Part shown: one piece after another, positions 29,139-43,345 of the stretch
Layout of the letters: the number at the start of each line of letters is the position of its first letter
How positions within the stretch are numbered: the stretch's first letter is position 1
Assembly (NCBI GenBank): GCA_964016885.1
Contig: OZ024740.1
Span: 150,722,001 to 150,786,000 of the forward strand
DNA from: Eledone cirrhosa
Taxonomy: Eukaryota
Direction: 5' to 3'
Length of the DNA: 64,000 nt
Notes under the pieces: generated by a model
The model's input: only the letters and a program-made list of their open reading frames with translations
Told to the model about the DNA's origin: nothing
Database searches by the model: none
Made by a program: the position numbers and the translations under genes

Positions 29139-30449
29139 GTATATACATATACGTATGAAACCAATTTATCTTTCGTATTTTGCCATAAATAATTACTCAT
29201 TTCTCTCCCTCTTTCCACACTCACTCCCAACTTCTTATAGACTCTCTCTAGATACTTATAGTTTAAATATACATACAAACATACATATATACAAACGTAC
29301 CTAGATAATTATATATACTCGTACATAGTGGACGCACCATAACCAAATGCTTAAGAAGTTCGGTTCGCAATGATTAGTTCCCAGGTTCGTTTCCATTGCG
29401 TAGTATCTTGAGTAAGTTTCATTTACCTTAGCCTCTGGCAAACCCACCCTTTATCGACTTATTCATCAGCACTGGTACAGATTGATCTATGAGGTCGTCA
29501 TATGTGTAATTCTTATGAAGATTAACAATATTTTATACGTAATAGCGTTCAAAAACAAATCTAATAACATTGGTGAGTGTATATATTGGTTTCAGATTTA
29601 GGAAGAAGGCCAACAATTTTAGGGGAGGGGAAAGTCGATTAAATCGACCCCAGTGCATTACTGGTACTTTATTTTATCGACCCCGTAAGGATGAAAGGTA
29701 AAGTTAACCTCGGCGGGATTTGTACTTAGATCGTGAAGGGCCGTAACTCCATGCCATAAAGCATGGTGGCCGATGCTCTACCGACACTGCTAATCCACCG
29801 CCCTTTGAGTGTATATATTAACATATTTTCGTCAGAATGTGTCGGTTCTGACGAGACGTGTACAAGTTCGAACAGAAGTAAGAGTGAAAGCAAAAATACA
29901 ATTAAGTGAAAGAGAAAAACAGTCGGCGTAAGTGTGTGCGCCTATGCGTGCGTGTATGTGTATGGGGTATTTATGTATTAAAAAGTTCAAACTGGAATGT
30001 TCTCAACGTAATCTAAAAATTACACCCAGGGTGATAGTCTATTATGTACGGAACAAGCTGCTCATGAAATTAACTCGAAAACTTAGCTGCGTTTTACATA
30101 GATATGTGTACTCCTAACGTAATTGTCAGGGAGATTCAGATTCACACAGTCGGTGACAAGTCTGGCTTTTTGAATTAGAGGTACTCATTTTTGCCAGCTA
30201 AGTGAACTGTAGCAACGTGAAATCCAAGATGACGGACGGAATACGCACGTGTATATTTTATTTTCTCATTTCCCCAGTCCTTTCCTCTCATCACTTATTA
30301 CTTTCTATTTATCTTCTATTTCTAACTGTATCTTCTGAGGAAGCACTAGTATCCGAAACTTTAAGACTCTCTTCTTGCTATTTTAAGCGTTAAACTAATA
30401 TATTTCTTCCATGTACTGTTCCATTTGTTTTGTTATTTTTGTTATTACC

Positions 30450-30538
<89 letters not shown>

Positions 30539-30816
30539 TTATTATTAATACAGATTAAAAGTTTAAATAAAAGATTTTCACTTCCATCTTAAGTATGAAT
30601 GAGTTGGGGGGCGGGGGTATAACCAATCGACAATTAAGTACCTGTTGTGCATATACACTCCGATCAGTCAACGGTGATGCAAATAGAATAAAGCACTCAA
30701 CGACCGGCATTAATCCACTTTCTCTTTGGTAGTACATGCAGGAGCATACAGAAGAGTAAATATAGCGAATGCCATCTGAAGTTGTGTACAGATTTATTTA
30801 TTTAGCTATTATATAT

Positions 30817-31250
30817 ACTAGCAGAAAAACCACAGTTCGGGTGGTTTTCTCCTAGCATGTGTAATGTGCATATTGATATTATACGCAAGTATATATGCCT
30901 ATAGATATGATACATCAAATAAAATTGGAATTGACAATATCCAAAGAAATTGAACGAAGTCTACGTTACACTATCTTCTGTAATCAGTAAAGTAATCCAT
31001 GATACATTTTAAAAAGACGATATAATATATAAACTGCATTAGGAGAAAATTAGTGACGGAAATATATGCGATATTTTTATAAGTGTTATAATATAACGGC
31101 CGCTAACCGGAAGGGTTGATATTTGAAGATGTTAAAGAAGTGAATCTTTAAATAAGCTATAAAATATATTTAATCAACAGCCACGAAATTTAGCACATAA
31201 ATTATGTAATATTCATTCATTATTTATTCAAAGTAATCCAACTTATTTTA
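30817..31250 (-). mobile_element. Interspersed repeat ending in a hairpin plus CTAG; second copy ~56430-57008(+)
   Basis: The reverse complement matches 56430-57007. The terminal palindrome CTAGCAGAAAAACCACCC-ATC-GGGTGGTTTTTCTGCTAG abuts TA. Confidence 0.6.
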
Positions 31251-31640
31251 CAAACGGGATAAAAAAATATATTCTGGACGCAGACCCGCAACCCTTACTT
31301 TATTATCGTTTAGATTTCGTTGGGGTCGACGATTAGGTGGTGCCATTCCAGACATAGATAGCAATAACAATATATAAAGCATGCACATTTTAACAGTGTA
31401 CGGCTTAATTCGGGATGTTTGTTTACAAACACACCGAGCATTATAATAAATGTTCGGTGAAACCATGCGTACATATATATATGTGTGCATGTATGTATAT
31501 ATATATACATACTACTGTACGTCTGTATACATATATGTATGTACGTATACATACTTATATTTAAGTAACAGCCGTACTAAGAGTGAGAAATGTAATTTCG
31601 TTTCATTTTCTCCGCTTATATATATATATATATATATAGA

Positions 31641-31766
<126 letters not shown>

Positions 31767-32384
31767 TAGCCCTCTTTGGATTTTAGTCTTCAATTTTATT
31801 ATTATTACTATATATATATATATATATATATATAAGTATGTACACGTACATACATATATGTATACAGACGTACAGTATAAATATAAGTATGTACGTGTAC
31901 ATACTTATATTTAAGTAACAGCCGTACTAAGAATGGCAAATTAAATTTCGTTTCATTTTCTCCGTTTATCTTTTTCGGTGCACCCGGCCGATTAACCCAC
32001 TGGATATGCAAATTGGGCTACTCAGCCGTTAATATGCATAAGGTAAGTATATACGTTCAACAATCTGGCAGGAAGTTATACGTTGCTGACGATAGCTAAT
32101 AAGCTTGAAACTAGTACAGCGTTCCTTTGTCAGTGTTGAACAAACGAGCAACGATGGTTGCTGGACACTACGGCTTAATACGGGATGTTTGTTCACAAAC
32201 ACACCGAGCATTATAATAAATGTTCGGTGAATCCATACGTACATATATATATATGTGTACGTGTATGTATATATATATACATACTACTGTATGTCTGTAT
32301 ACATATATGTATGTACGTGTAGATACTTATATTTAAGTAACAGCCGTACTAAGAGTGGGAAATGAAATTTCGTTTCATTTTTCC

Positions 32385-32552
<168 letters not shown>

Positions 32553-34625
32553 ACATATATATATATATATATATACACTGGCAGGCTGGGTGTAAAAATA
32601 TTGGTTGCAAGGAGATGAAGGGGGCCCACCTACATATAGAATACTATCATTTAATTTTTATAATAAATAAATAACATTTTAAATACATAAGTAAAACAAA
32701 ACAGTGCAATCAAATTTTTGCGGAAAAATATGTATTTTGCGAAATCCAGAGACTTTCAATAGTGATCAGAAGTCGCCCCTAAATATTACTAATAGCTCTT
32801 GGAAAGCCATGAACGACACCACATCTTTTTAATTTTGAATTTGAAAGTAGGTTTATAATTATCAATTTTCATTATACTTTGTAGCTCTCTCGGTGGCCTA
32901 GTTGGAGGAATCATAGACGGTGGTGATCCTGGTTTGAAGTTCGATACTGGTCGGGAGTAGCGTTCCCGGTAAACCTTTTCAGTTTTGTTTTCTATGGGTT
33001 AAATATGTCTAAAATAAAAACTGAAAAAGGCTGCATCTATCACTTGACCAGGATTGAACCCCAGGCGAGGCTCGCAACCGGCTCTAGTACCTACCCCTAG
33101 GCCACAGAGACAACTACGAAATTCTTGCGAAAATTCATACTTATATACTTACTTTCAAAATTTTCAAAACAAAATGATGTGGTGTCGTTCATGTGTTTCT
33201 TAATGTTATTGCTCCTACTTAAGGTCGACTTCTAAATCATTTGGGTGTTCCATAAACTACATCCTTGTTTTGTTCTCATCTATCTAGACTACATTTTAAC
33301 CTGTAATCCATGTTTCATTTCTGTTCCACCTAATTCCCACCTACCCCCTCTCTCTCTCTCTTTCTCTCTGTGATATTTGAATCTACTATGATTTTTGCAT
33401 GTCAGTTAGATTCAAACTTACAATGATTGGCATTATATATATAATAATAATAAATATATATAATAATAATAATAGTTATGTATACACTATATACAACTAT
33501 AAACAGGAAAGGTCAGTAATTCATTACTACCTTATTATCAGTAATAAAATATCTCAATGTAAATACATCAGGTGTTATACAGGGCAGGAATATAAATTAC
33601 ACAATAATCAAAGCTATGTTCAAATCATTTTATTGCTGACAATCGTTTCTTCCAAAATTTCGTTTGGAATCATCGGAGCACTAGCAATGTTTGTACATTT
33701 AATTAACCGCCTATTCAACTGAACAATCATATAGATACATGGATATTAATGTTGTCAACAACAGTTTCGTATTTACAGAGTGGAATGGATGCGACATAGA
33801 TTACAAGAGAATTGTACAATAATTAAAATTAAAAAATTAAAAATTAAAAAGGTAGAGAGTGGAATGCATGCGACAGAGATTACAAGGGAATAGTATAATA
33901 ATTAAAGAGGTATTAAGGTAGAAAGTTACTCGTAAAACGAGGACACTAGCAGTACATATGCAAGCGTTAGGCATATACAGGAACGAAACAAGCAATGGTA
34001 CTAGACATATATAATTACTACATGGCAAAGGTATCACATAAAATAACATAGGTTTACAAGCATATCAAGCAGGCAAAGATTAAAATTATGAGGTTATGGT
34101 GGATGTAGTGTGATGATTGTTTCTGTAATGTTCAAATGTGTATGTGTTGAGAGTATCAATGTTATTGCTATCTTTTCCATTACATTGGTTATATTTTATT
34201 TTAGTGAATGTTTTTAACTAGTTACTGCTATGGATTGTATATATAATGTATATATAATGTATATATAAAATATTATGTAGTTTGCAAAATCCAGAGACTT
34301 TGGTCTTTCACACTCACTCAATATATATATATATATATTTATTTATATGTGTGTATCTATCTATCTATCTATCTATCTATTTCTCTCTCTCTCTCAATCT
34401 AGCTGTCGTCTGTTCTACAGTGTGGATGTCATTCACTTCGCACAGAAGTTTTGTTCAAATTTATTGAGGAAATTTTGTGAGTTCAAACTTAATTTTGATA
34501 CAATTGTGTAGCTTGACCCTCCGTCTGAACTGTCAGGCGGTGGGTCAGCTCATCTTTACCCCTCCTAGAGGTGAAAAACCTGTTTTAAAAAATTTTGTGT
34601 AAAAAATTTCAATCGTCTAACAGAA

Positions 34626-36531
34626 ATGTTAAACGCAGCGAACGAAAATAGTGGTGGGGGGACAGCGGTAAGAGTTGTAAGCTCGCACGCTTTAGTCCTC
34701 CCTTCCTTCCCAACTAACGTCATAGAGAAGGAAGGAAAAATGAAAATAAAAACGGACGAATCTGCGGAGAAAAAATTAAATGACGAAAACATAAATCTGG
34801 ACTTGGATTCCAACAACGAAAAAAAAAAAATTTGAAAAATTGCATGACAATACTAATAACACAAACAAAGACACAACAAACAAAAAAATAACAGTTGAAA
34901 ATAACACCATATCAGAAAACAAAGCAGACGACAAGATTTCTTTTGCACAGAAAACAAAGAAATCTTTGACTTATATAGCGGAAAACATTTCAGATGTGGT
35001 ACGAAGGATCACGGACGCCAAACAATACATAAGTGAAGGTGAGAATGGTATTTTATTGGTAAAAATGCCTCAAGAATTCACGAAAGACATTGAAAGCCGA
35101 ACGGTCAAGTTTCGGACCATCAACAACAGTACAAAAAAACCTGAACAGCCTTCTCAAGCAGATATCAAAACAATACTCACAGAAGTACTGAATGAAACAA
35201 CTTTCATAAGAAAAGACAGACTGTATGGAAGCCTAGCAATTATCATGAAGAACGAATCGGCGGCAAAAAAATGTGCTTTGTCACCGATTCGTTCGAAAAA
35301 TTTCACCTTTTATCCATCTTATATGGGGAAAAAAACTCAACGCATATGGCTGGATGCAATGATGCCAGATGTGGACTACTGCTGGCTCATAGCTGGCTTC
35401 ATCGATCCAGTGAATGACAACGTGATTTCCATTGGGAAAACCACAGGCAATGCGTTCAGTGGAACAGGTATAGAGCTGGTAGTACAAATGAAGCCTGAAC
35501 GCATCGCCCAAATACCCGACAGAATCCTATTAGAGGACCACGGGTATATAAACATTAGCGTGGAGGGGAGAAGGCCGTCCTGCCATATCTGTGCAGGCAG
35601 AGGGCACCTGAAGGCCGCTTGTCCCCAACTCAACAAAAAGAAAACCCTGCTACCAACACCAGCTCCACCACCACCACCACCACAACAGATAAACAAACAA
35701 CAAAACTCAGTCCCACCCAACCCGTCCCTCAGTAAAACCACAACACCACCACAACACAAACAGTCACAACACATTACCCCAAAACAAAATACAGGCCCAC
35801 CCAACCTCTCACTCAATAAAACAACACAACCACCGCAGACACAACACACAACACAGTCTAACATAGTGACATCCATCTCCCCCACAAAGAAAACCAACAC
35901 GGAAACATTACCAGCAAACATACCTCTTCCCTCCAACACTGAAGATAACCCAACGAATTCGGAGGAAGAAACGGAGTCCTTCAGACAGATTAAAAGGAAA
36001 AAAAGAAAACATGTGCAAAACACACAAGGACAAACAACCCCCACCCAAATCGCAACACAATCCAACAAAACAGAAAACACCCCTCCAGCAACAAACAAAA
36101 CCAAACCTGCCCCTCCCCTCTTCGAAACACTCACACCATCGGAAAAAAAGACATTACACTATACTTACATCAACAGAAACAATAATAAATTAAATGAACT
36201 CATATACAATAATCCTTCGGTACAAACCGAAGGTGTAAACTTTGTTTCGTCAGAAAACCACCCACATTTAAAACTAATAAAAATCCCAATGAACCTCTAC
36301 CAAAAACTAAAAAAGGATTTTAAGGAGGACGTAGGACCACCCTCTGTCAAACCCATAAACCGCGTCCTACTAAAAAGCTTTCCCCCTCCCCTTCCCCTCC
36401 CCAACACAACTCCAAACACCCCAACCCCACCACACACTGACGACCCCACACCACCACAAGACACCCCTTCACCCAACACCCCCGACCCCATGGAAGTCGT
36501 GCAACCCGAACCCCGGGAAGCGGAAAGGTAG
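34626..36531 (+). CDS. LINE ORF1 (CCHC zinc-knuckle protein); ATG at 34626 joins the 34840 frame if one A is removed from the A-run near 34819-34830
   Basis: CHICAGRGHLKAAC knuckle and a Pro/Thr/Gln-rich tail; lies immediately upstream of ORF2. Confidence 0.82.
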
Positions 36532-36564
36532 GTCTCTACACTCTCCTTTGGCTCTGCCGCCCAC

Positions 36565-39500
36565 ATGGATGTGTTAAGAGTAGGATGTTTGAATGCACGT
36601 GGCCTGGGCTCAACTTGGAAGCAAGCAAAGCTTCTAAATGACCTCAGGTCATGTAGTATAAATGTAATGGTTATCTGTGAGACTCGAATCAGCGTCATGC
36701 GGCAGCTGGCCCCCACCTTCGATGACTTTGAGGTGCATGCATCTCTCTGTCAACCTGGAGGTGGGGGTGGGGTTGTCGTACTGCTGCAAAAACACCTGGG
36801 TCTTGCCGTACAGGTTGTGCACTCGGACCCGGAGGGTCGTTTGTTGGTGCTAGACGTTGGCAGTAGTGAAAGTGCGGCCTTGAGACTGGTCGCCGTCTAC
36901 TCCCCTTTCGGAGCTGAACGGCCCGACTTCTTCCAGCGTTTGGAGACTTTTCTGGGAACGTCGCGTTCCCTGCTTCTAGCGGGGGATTGGAATGACATCC
37001 TGGATGCACGTGGGGACTATGCAGGAGCATGTCCTAATAGAGGGGGGTGTAACAGCCTCAAGGGGTTACTCGACCGTTTTAACTTGGTCGATAGATATCG
37101 ACTAGATTTTCCAACTGTGCCTACCTGGACTTGGAGAAACCACAGTGGTCAATCTAGATCGTACTTAGATAGATTCTTAGTTAGAAGTAAGGATAGGGAC
37201 ATATTAAGCTGTCCAGAAATGCGCACGGTTGGCTACACGGATCACAAATTAGTGACCTGCGTGGTCAATCTCGATAAAACACATAGACAGGGTCCCGGTT
37301 ACTGGAAACTTAATTTGTCTTTACCGGCAAAAGAGACTTACAGAAACCGGATTAGCAGATTAGTTAAGGAGAGGTTGACGGGTGCAATCGTCATCAACCG
37401 ATGGTGGGCATCTCTCAAAAGAGAGATTAGAACAGAATCAATAAGTTATAGCAAGATGTTAGCTGCCGATAGGAATAGAAACGAGAAAGAATTAACAGGT
37501 AAATTAGAAGAGGCAATCAAGAGCGAAGATGTGGCCAGAGTGCTGGCATCGAGGACGGCCTTGAACCAGTTTTTCGATGCAAAGCATGAAGGCTGCGTCA
37601 TTCGAAGTAAAATACGTGCTCTAGGTAATGAGGGGGCCAAAGCCGTTGGATGGGCCCGCGTGACAGAAGCTAAGAGTGGAAATCGATCCACCATCCGGTC
37701 GTTGCAAGACGAAGATGGACGAGTGATCCGGGAGCCTAAGCAGATGTGCGAGGCCTTTCAAAAGCACTTTGCCCGATTGTTCGGGGGAGGCGAGGGTCCG
37801 GGCCGGGGCGTGGATTTCGGTCCATACCTCGAAGGCCTGCCGCGTCTCTCGAGCAAAGAGGCAGAGTCCTGCGAGGGACCAATCTCGGCTGATGAGATCG
37901 GAGATGCGCTGAGCCAATGCAGCAGACGCAAATCTCCAGGTCTCGATGGTATACCTTACGAACTTTATTTAGCAATGCCGGTCTTCTTCTCCGAACTCCT
38001 CGAAGCGGTCTACTGCAATTGGCAGCAGAACGGGAGAATTCCTTGTTCTGTAGCCAAGGGCGTAGTCACGCTGGTGAGGAAGGACGAGAACAAGGGGGAT
38101 AGTATAAATAATTTTCGGCCCATAACCCTGCTAAACACAGAGTTAAAGATTTTGGCCAAGGTGTTAGCAAAGAGGTTGGCGCTTGTCGTGGGTGGCCTGG
38201 TGGGAGATGCGCAGACATGTGCTATCCCATCCAGGTCCATTCACGATAACCTCCACCTCATGCGATACATCATAGAGAGGGTTGGCAACAAACCCGGCTT
38301 CGGTGGGGCCCTGATCAACTTGGATCAGTCTAAGGCCTTCGATAGGGTCGACCATGGTTACCTGGATGCGGTGCTAGCGGCGGCTGGGTTCGGTCCTATT
38401 TTCAGAGGCTGGATCACTGCCCTACATAGCAACCACATCTGTTCTAGGATCAAGGTGAACGGCTACCTTTCGAAGCCGTTCGAAATCACACGATCCATTC
38501 GACAGGGGTGCCCTCTCTCCTCCCTTCTGTACGTATTGACTCTCGAGCCTTTACTGAGGAAGTTGGAGTTGTTGCAGGGTATCCCCCTGGAACCAGGATT
38601 GAGCAAAGCGGTGTCGGCCTACGCCGATGACGTAACAGTAATGGTATCAACCGACTCGGAGATCGAGGCGATCGGTACCTTACTGGAGGAGTACGAAAGG
38701 TTGTCAGGAGCGAAACTGAACCGGGAAAAATCCATCGGGCTGCAACTCGGAACGTGGAGAGGCAAACCGATGCCTCCTGACGGTGTCGTCGGACACTGGA
38801 CGGAGGGCCCGGTAAAGTTGCTTGGGGTCTGGTTTGGACCGGACCTCCAGGTGGAAAAGAACTGGAACGAGGTTACGAACAAGGTGTTTGCACTAACCCA
38901 GAAATGGGCCAAGTGTAAGCTGTCCCTAAAAGGCCGGGCGGAGGTGGCGAACATTTACATAGCGTCCGTCACTTACTACCGCCTGACTGTCGTGCCTTGC
39001 CCTAAGGAAACACTCACCACCATGGAACGCATGCTCTTCCAATTTCTTTGGAAGAAGCGTCCTTCTATGGTGAGAAGATCCATCTGCTGCCAACAACCTT
39101 CGAAAGGAGGGCTGGGGATGCCGTGGTTGATGATGCGTAGGCACGCATTAAGGCTACGGCACCTACAGGTATTCCTCACTGGTCAACCGGTGTGGGCTCC
39201 GTTCGTGAAACGAGCCTTTCCGAGACTCGTCTCACTCACCGAGCTACAGTCCTGGGTCAAGCAAAGATCCGGAAAACTGGGAGACTGGCACACTGAGTGT
39301 GCTCAGGCGCTCAGGGCTCTCTGGCAAGCGGGCCAGGCCATCGGTGGAGAATCCACCTCATCATTCTATAGAGGGCTGGTGGCTAGCAGGGGCGATGACA
39401 CCCTTGGAGAGTCGCTGGACATGGAAGAAGACGAACTGGCCAGCCTGTTCGGTAGGACTTTCGGCCCAGGACCAATGGACAACTTCCAGAAGTCACTGGC

Positions 39501-40002
39501 CTGGCAGTGCTACCGAGGGGCTCTACCCGTTCGAGAGAGGCTCTACAGACACGGGCGCCCGGGCAGGGATCCCTCAAAAAAGATTTGCCCTAGATGCGTG
39601 CGTCACGAAGAAACCGTAGCGCACGCATTGGTGCAATGTCCGGGCGTGGCTGATCTGTGGGGCTACGCCGAACAACTGCTGTCGCGGGTGGCGCCGATTA
39701 AATTGACCGCCGAGTCCGTGATGACAATCAAACCGCCTCCCCTCTTCACAAAGGAAGCAAAGGCGGTTTTTCTGTGCGTAATAGCCATGTTGAAAGAGGT
39801 TGTTTGGTGGACGCGATTGAAAGGTCTGAGGTCAGGCAACTTCCTCTCTGGCCATAGTCTGGTCTACTTCTTCCGATATCACTTCGGAAGAAGGATAAGA
39901 ATGGAGAGAGAGGTGCTTGGCCACAGGCAGTTTTATGAAAGGTGGGTGATAGTGACGAGAATGGCTCGTGTAAATGGGCCTTCTCTGTATACCATCCTGT
40001 AG
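36565..40002 (+). CDS. LINE ORF2: APE endonuclease, reverse transcriptase and C-terminal zinc finger (1145 aa, uninterrupted)
   Basis: LNARGL, ICETR, GDWN, YLDRF, TDH, SPGLDG, FRPITLLN, KAFDRV, RQGCPLS, YADD, CPRC...ETVAHALVQC. Confidence 0.96.
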   Translation: MDVLRVGCLNARGLGSTWKQAKLLNDLRSCSINVMVICETRISVMRQLAPTFDDFEVHASLCQPGGGGGVVVLLQKHLGLAVQVVHSDPEGRLLVLDVGSSESAALRLVAVYSPFGAERPDFFQRLETFLGTSRSLLLAGDWNDILDARGDYAGACPNRGGCNSLKGLLDRFNLVDRYRLDFPTVPTWTWRNHSGQSRSYLDRFLVRSKDRDILSCPEMRTVGYTDHKLVTCVVNLDKTHRQGPGYWKLNLSLPAKETYRNRISRLVKERLTGAIVINRWWASLKREIRTESISYSKMLAADRNRNEKELTGKLEEAIKSEDVARVLASRTALNQFFDAKHEGCVIRSKIRALGNEGAKAVGWARVTEAKSGNRSTIRSLQDEDGRVIREPKQMCEAFQKHFARLFGGGEGPGRGVDFGPYLEGLPRLSSKEAESCEGPISADEIGDALSQCSRRKSPGLDGIPYELYLAMPVFFSELLEAVYCNWQQNGRIPCSVAKGVVTLVRKDENKGDSINNFRPITLLNTELKILAKVLAKRLALVVGGLVGDAQTCAIPSRSIHDNLHLMRYIIERVGNKPGFGGALINLDQSKAFDRVDHGYLDAVLAAAGFGPIFRGWITALHSNHICSRIKVNGYLSKPFEITRSIRQGCPLSSLLYVLTLEPLLRKLELLQGIPLEPGLSKAVSAYADDVTVMVSTDSEIEAIGTLLEEYERLSGAKLNREKSIGLQLGTWRGKPMPPDGVVGHWTEGPVKLLGVWFGPDLQVEKNWNEVTNKVFALTQKWAKCKLSLKGRAEVANIYIASVTYYRLTVVPCPKETLTTMERMLFQFLWKKRPSMVRRSICCQQPSKGGLGMPWLMMRRHALRLRHLQVFLTGQPVWAPFVKRAFPRLVSLTELQSWVKQRSGKLGDWHTECAQALRALWQAGQAIGGESTSSFYRGLVASRGDDTLGESLDMEEDELASLFGRTFGPGPMDNFQKSLAWQCYRGALPVRERLYRHGRPGRDPSKKICPRCVRHEETVAHALVQCPGVADLWGYAEQLLSRVAPIKLTAESVMTIKPPPLFTKEAKAVFLCVIAMLKEVVWWTRLKGLRSGNFLSGHSLVYFFRYHFGRRIRMEREVLGHRQFYERWVIVTRMARVNGPSLYTIL

Positions 40003-40222
40003 GTAAAGAAGTAAAGGAGAGGGGAGCACCTTCTCCATGTGCTCCCCGGGAAAGGATTGCACACTTTTTCGGGGGTGTGTGCAACCCCCATCACGTCCTC
40101 TCCCTTTTGAGGTTATTTTCGATTATTTTCATGTTACACCCTTTTTACTCGATTATATGTAAACTCCCCCTTTGTATTTGTCCCTTCTTTTTATGCCTTT
40201 ATGGTAAATAAAGAAATCTATC

Positions 40223-40322
<100 letters not shown>

Positions 40323-40329
40323 GGTGGTA

Positions 40330-40371
<42 letters not shown>

Positions 40372-41227
40372 TACCACCTTCACCACTAATTTATTTGACA
40401 GATGTCTTTAACCCATTGATACCAAATATTATTTGGTCAGTAGTGCGTGTGTAAGTATATATATATATATATAATATATGCTTGTGAGTCTGTGTCTATG
40501 TATGTATGTTTGCATACATGAAGGAATACACTAAGCTTTAGATTTAGTAGAACGTACAACCACTGATTCCAGCTATACACACTATCGTATATTTTGGTTT
40601 CTAGTAATTCACTGGGGTATTGGTTGACCAAATGCTTTGCTTAATTGTTTTATTAATTTTTTTTTAAATGTTGTTCTTTCTATTAGATTTCAGGTACTTT
40701 TTGAAAGCAAAGCATTGGCCCTAACTACTACAGTGGGCCCTGCAATGCTATTCTGGGTTCTTGCAATGGTACTGTGGGTCACGTGAAGCCCACTTGCCAT
40801 TGGGCAACCTGGACAGTCCGCCACTGTATATATATATAACGAAGGAAGTGTGGTAAGAAACCAGATGGACCATAACTCACCAGAGTACTCAATACTTAGG
40901 GTACTAGAGTGGGTAATAGGAAAAAGTTAAACCCCGATGGCAGAGCTCAAGGTCGTTTCGATGGTTATTTCTGGTCCAGAAATAGCCGTCGAAACGGCTG
41001 GAGCTCTGCCGTCGGGGTTAAACTTTTTCCTATATATATATAACGAAGGAATTGTGGTAAGGAACCAAAGTACTCAATACTTAGGGTAGTAGAGTGGGTA
41101 ATAGGAACGAGTAGGACCCCGACGGCTGAGCTCAAGCCGTTTCGACGGCTAATTCTGGAGTAAAAAAGAAAAAAGTCCAGAATTAGCCGTCGAAACGGCT
41201 TGAGCTCAGCCGTCGGGGTCCTACTCG

Positions 41228-41289
<62 letters not shown>

Positions 41290-41296
41290 CCCCCCC

Positions 41297-41331
<35 letters not shown>

Positions 41332-42289
41332 GAATCAGTAAAAGCGAAGTAGTTTCAGATGTTCAAGTCCTTTAATAATAATGCTGTGATATATATTTCA
41401 ATGACGACACTGGCCACACTGTTCTGTGTGCGAATGTCGTGACATCATCAGACAGCTTGTTACATAATAAGGTTATCTTTCCGAAGCAATGCAAGTTGAA
41501 TCGACATGGTAACGGACGAAGTGTGTGCTTTTGGGTTCTTCATCCGTTCCCCTGTGAGTACCAATTCACCCCCACCGGTCTGCGCAGGTGCATGTCCGAC
41601 GGAAGTTGATCATTAGCTACCGCAGATTTCAACGAAATTCGCTTAGTCAGTTCACCCTCTCAGCCAAACAATGACCCATTCAGGCCTGTACCATAGTTTA
41701 CTGTTACCCGTCCCGTCTGTGGTAGTCAGCCGAAAGCCAGAGGGGATGGGAGAGTGTTGCTTTTTACAGGTCACAATACTACCTCTCACCAAGCATGGAC
41801 AGTACGACTGACCATCAACTCCCAAGAGACGGGACGGGTAGCAGTAAACTATGATACAGGCCTAAATGGGTCATTGTTTGGCTGAGAGAGTGAACTGACT
41901 AAGCGAATTTCGTTGAAATCTGCGGTAGCTAATGGTCAACTTCCTTCGGACATACGCCTGCGCAGACCGGTGGGGGTGGATTGGTACTCACAGGGGAACG
42001 GATGAAGAACCCAAAATCACACACTTCGTCCGTTCCCATGTCGATTCAACTTGGATTGCCTCGGAAACATAACCTTATTATGTAACAAGCTGTCTGATGA
42101 TGTCACGACACTCGCACACAGAACAGTGTGGCCAGTGTCGTCACTGAAATATATATCACAGTATTACTATTAAAGGGCTTGAACATCTGAAACTACTTCG
42201 CTTTTACTTATTCGATATTTACTCCGTCACTCCTATGTGGAAAAAGTACGTTGAGTGCTTGAATTGAATTGCATCAATATTTACCCTAA

Positions 42290-42290
<1 letters not shown>
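41332..42290. mobile_element. Large fold-back HHR element (arms 41332-41718 and 41826-42213)
   Basis: About 385-bp slightly diverged inverted arms between TA tracts. HHR on + 42090-42161: ctgt-CTGATGA-tgtcacgacac...gtgtcgtcact-GAAA-tatata-TC-acag. Mirror on - at 41384-41455. Confidence 0.85.
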
Positions 42291-42326
<36 letters not shown>

Positions 42327-42601
42327 ATAAAGAAAGAGCTGAAGCGGTAAAAGAAGCTGACCTCTTAAAGCTGTTGTCTAGCTATCTAGTTTAAAATTAC
42401 AAACATGATTTCGTCATGGTTCCTTAGCTTAATGGTTAAAGCATCTAGCCGGTATCTGGAAGAAATTCAATTCATCAGAGTGACCGAGGGCAACTTCTTT
42501 TCCCGTCTCTTATGTGTGTTCACCCTATTTTACCAGCTATTTTTACAGCACTTCTGCGCTTGAGCACATTCTTTATACACACACACACACACACACGCAC
42601 G

Positions 42602-42682
<81 letters not shown>

Positions 42683-43265
42683 GAGCAGGTACGTCCCACT
42701 CTCTCCTCTCTCTCGCTCTCTCTTTGTATATATATATATATATGTACCTGCTTTCACCTGTTTATGAACGAGACGCCTCAACACAACTTTTACGGATAAA
42801 CAAAAGTAATTTGCAACTATATATTACATATTTATATCTATATATCTATATATTTATATCTATATATCTATATATTTATATCTATATATATATATCTATA
42901 TATATATATACATTCATATATAGACATACATACACGCACACAAACATGTGTGTGTTAGTGAGTGAGTGTGTGTTTATATATGTATACAAATATAATTATT
43001 TCTTTTCTCTACTAGGTTATGCGTGCTCGTATGTGAAAAACACATACATATGCATCATTACAGTGAAAAAAAGAATGAAAGAGAAGGAGAGAGCAGATAG
43101 CACAGCAGTTGGTGCAGCTGATGCAGCTGATGCAGCTGCAGTATTAAAAATGCATATAGTATGTTAAACTATATGTAAATGATATTTATATACAAAACGC
43201 TGCATGTTAAAAAGTGACGAATCGTCTTACGACATTCACAAATCCACACAGACACGCTCGTTCGT

Positions 43266-43345
<80 letters not shown>

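Larger units (their letters stand above)
34396..40215 (+). mobile_element. Full-length Tx1/L1-clade non-LTR retrotransposon
   Basis: ORF1 plus ORF2, 3' AATAAAGAAA, and a 25-bp TSD ATCTATCTATTTCTCTCTCTCTCTC at 34371-34395 and 40216-40240. Confidence 0.93.

Noticed and set aside
35281-40084. Antisense ORFs over the LINE
   Set aside because: Shadow frames of ORF1/ORF2 with no independent motifs.
42418-42495. tRNA gene
   Set aside because: A-box-like TAGCTTAATGGTTAAAGC is present, but there is no intact T-arm/B-box or acceptor stem; at most a SINE-head remnant.
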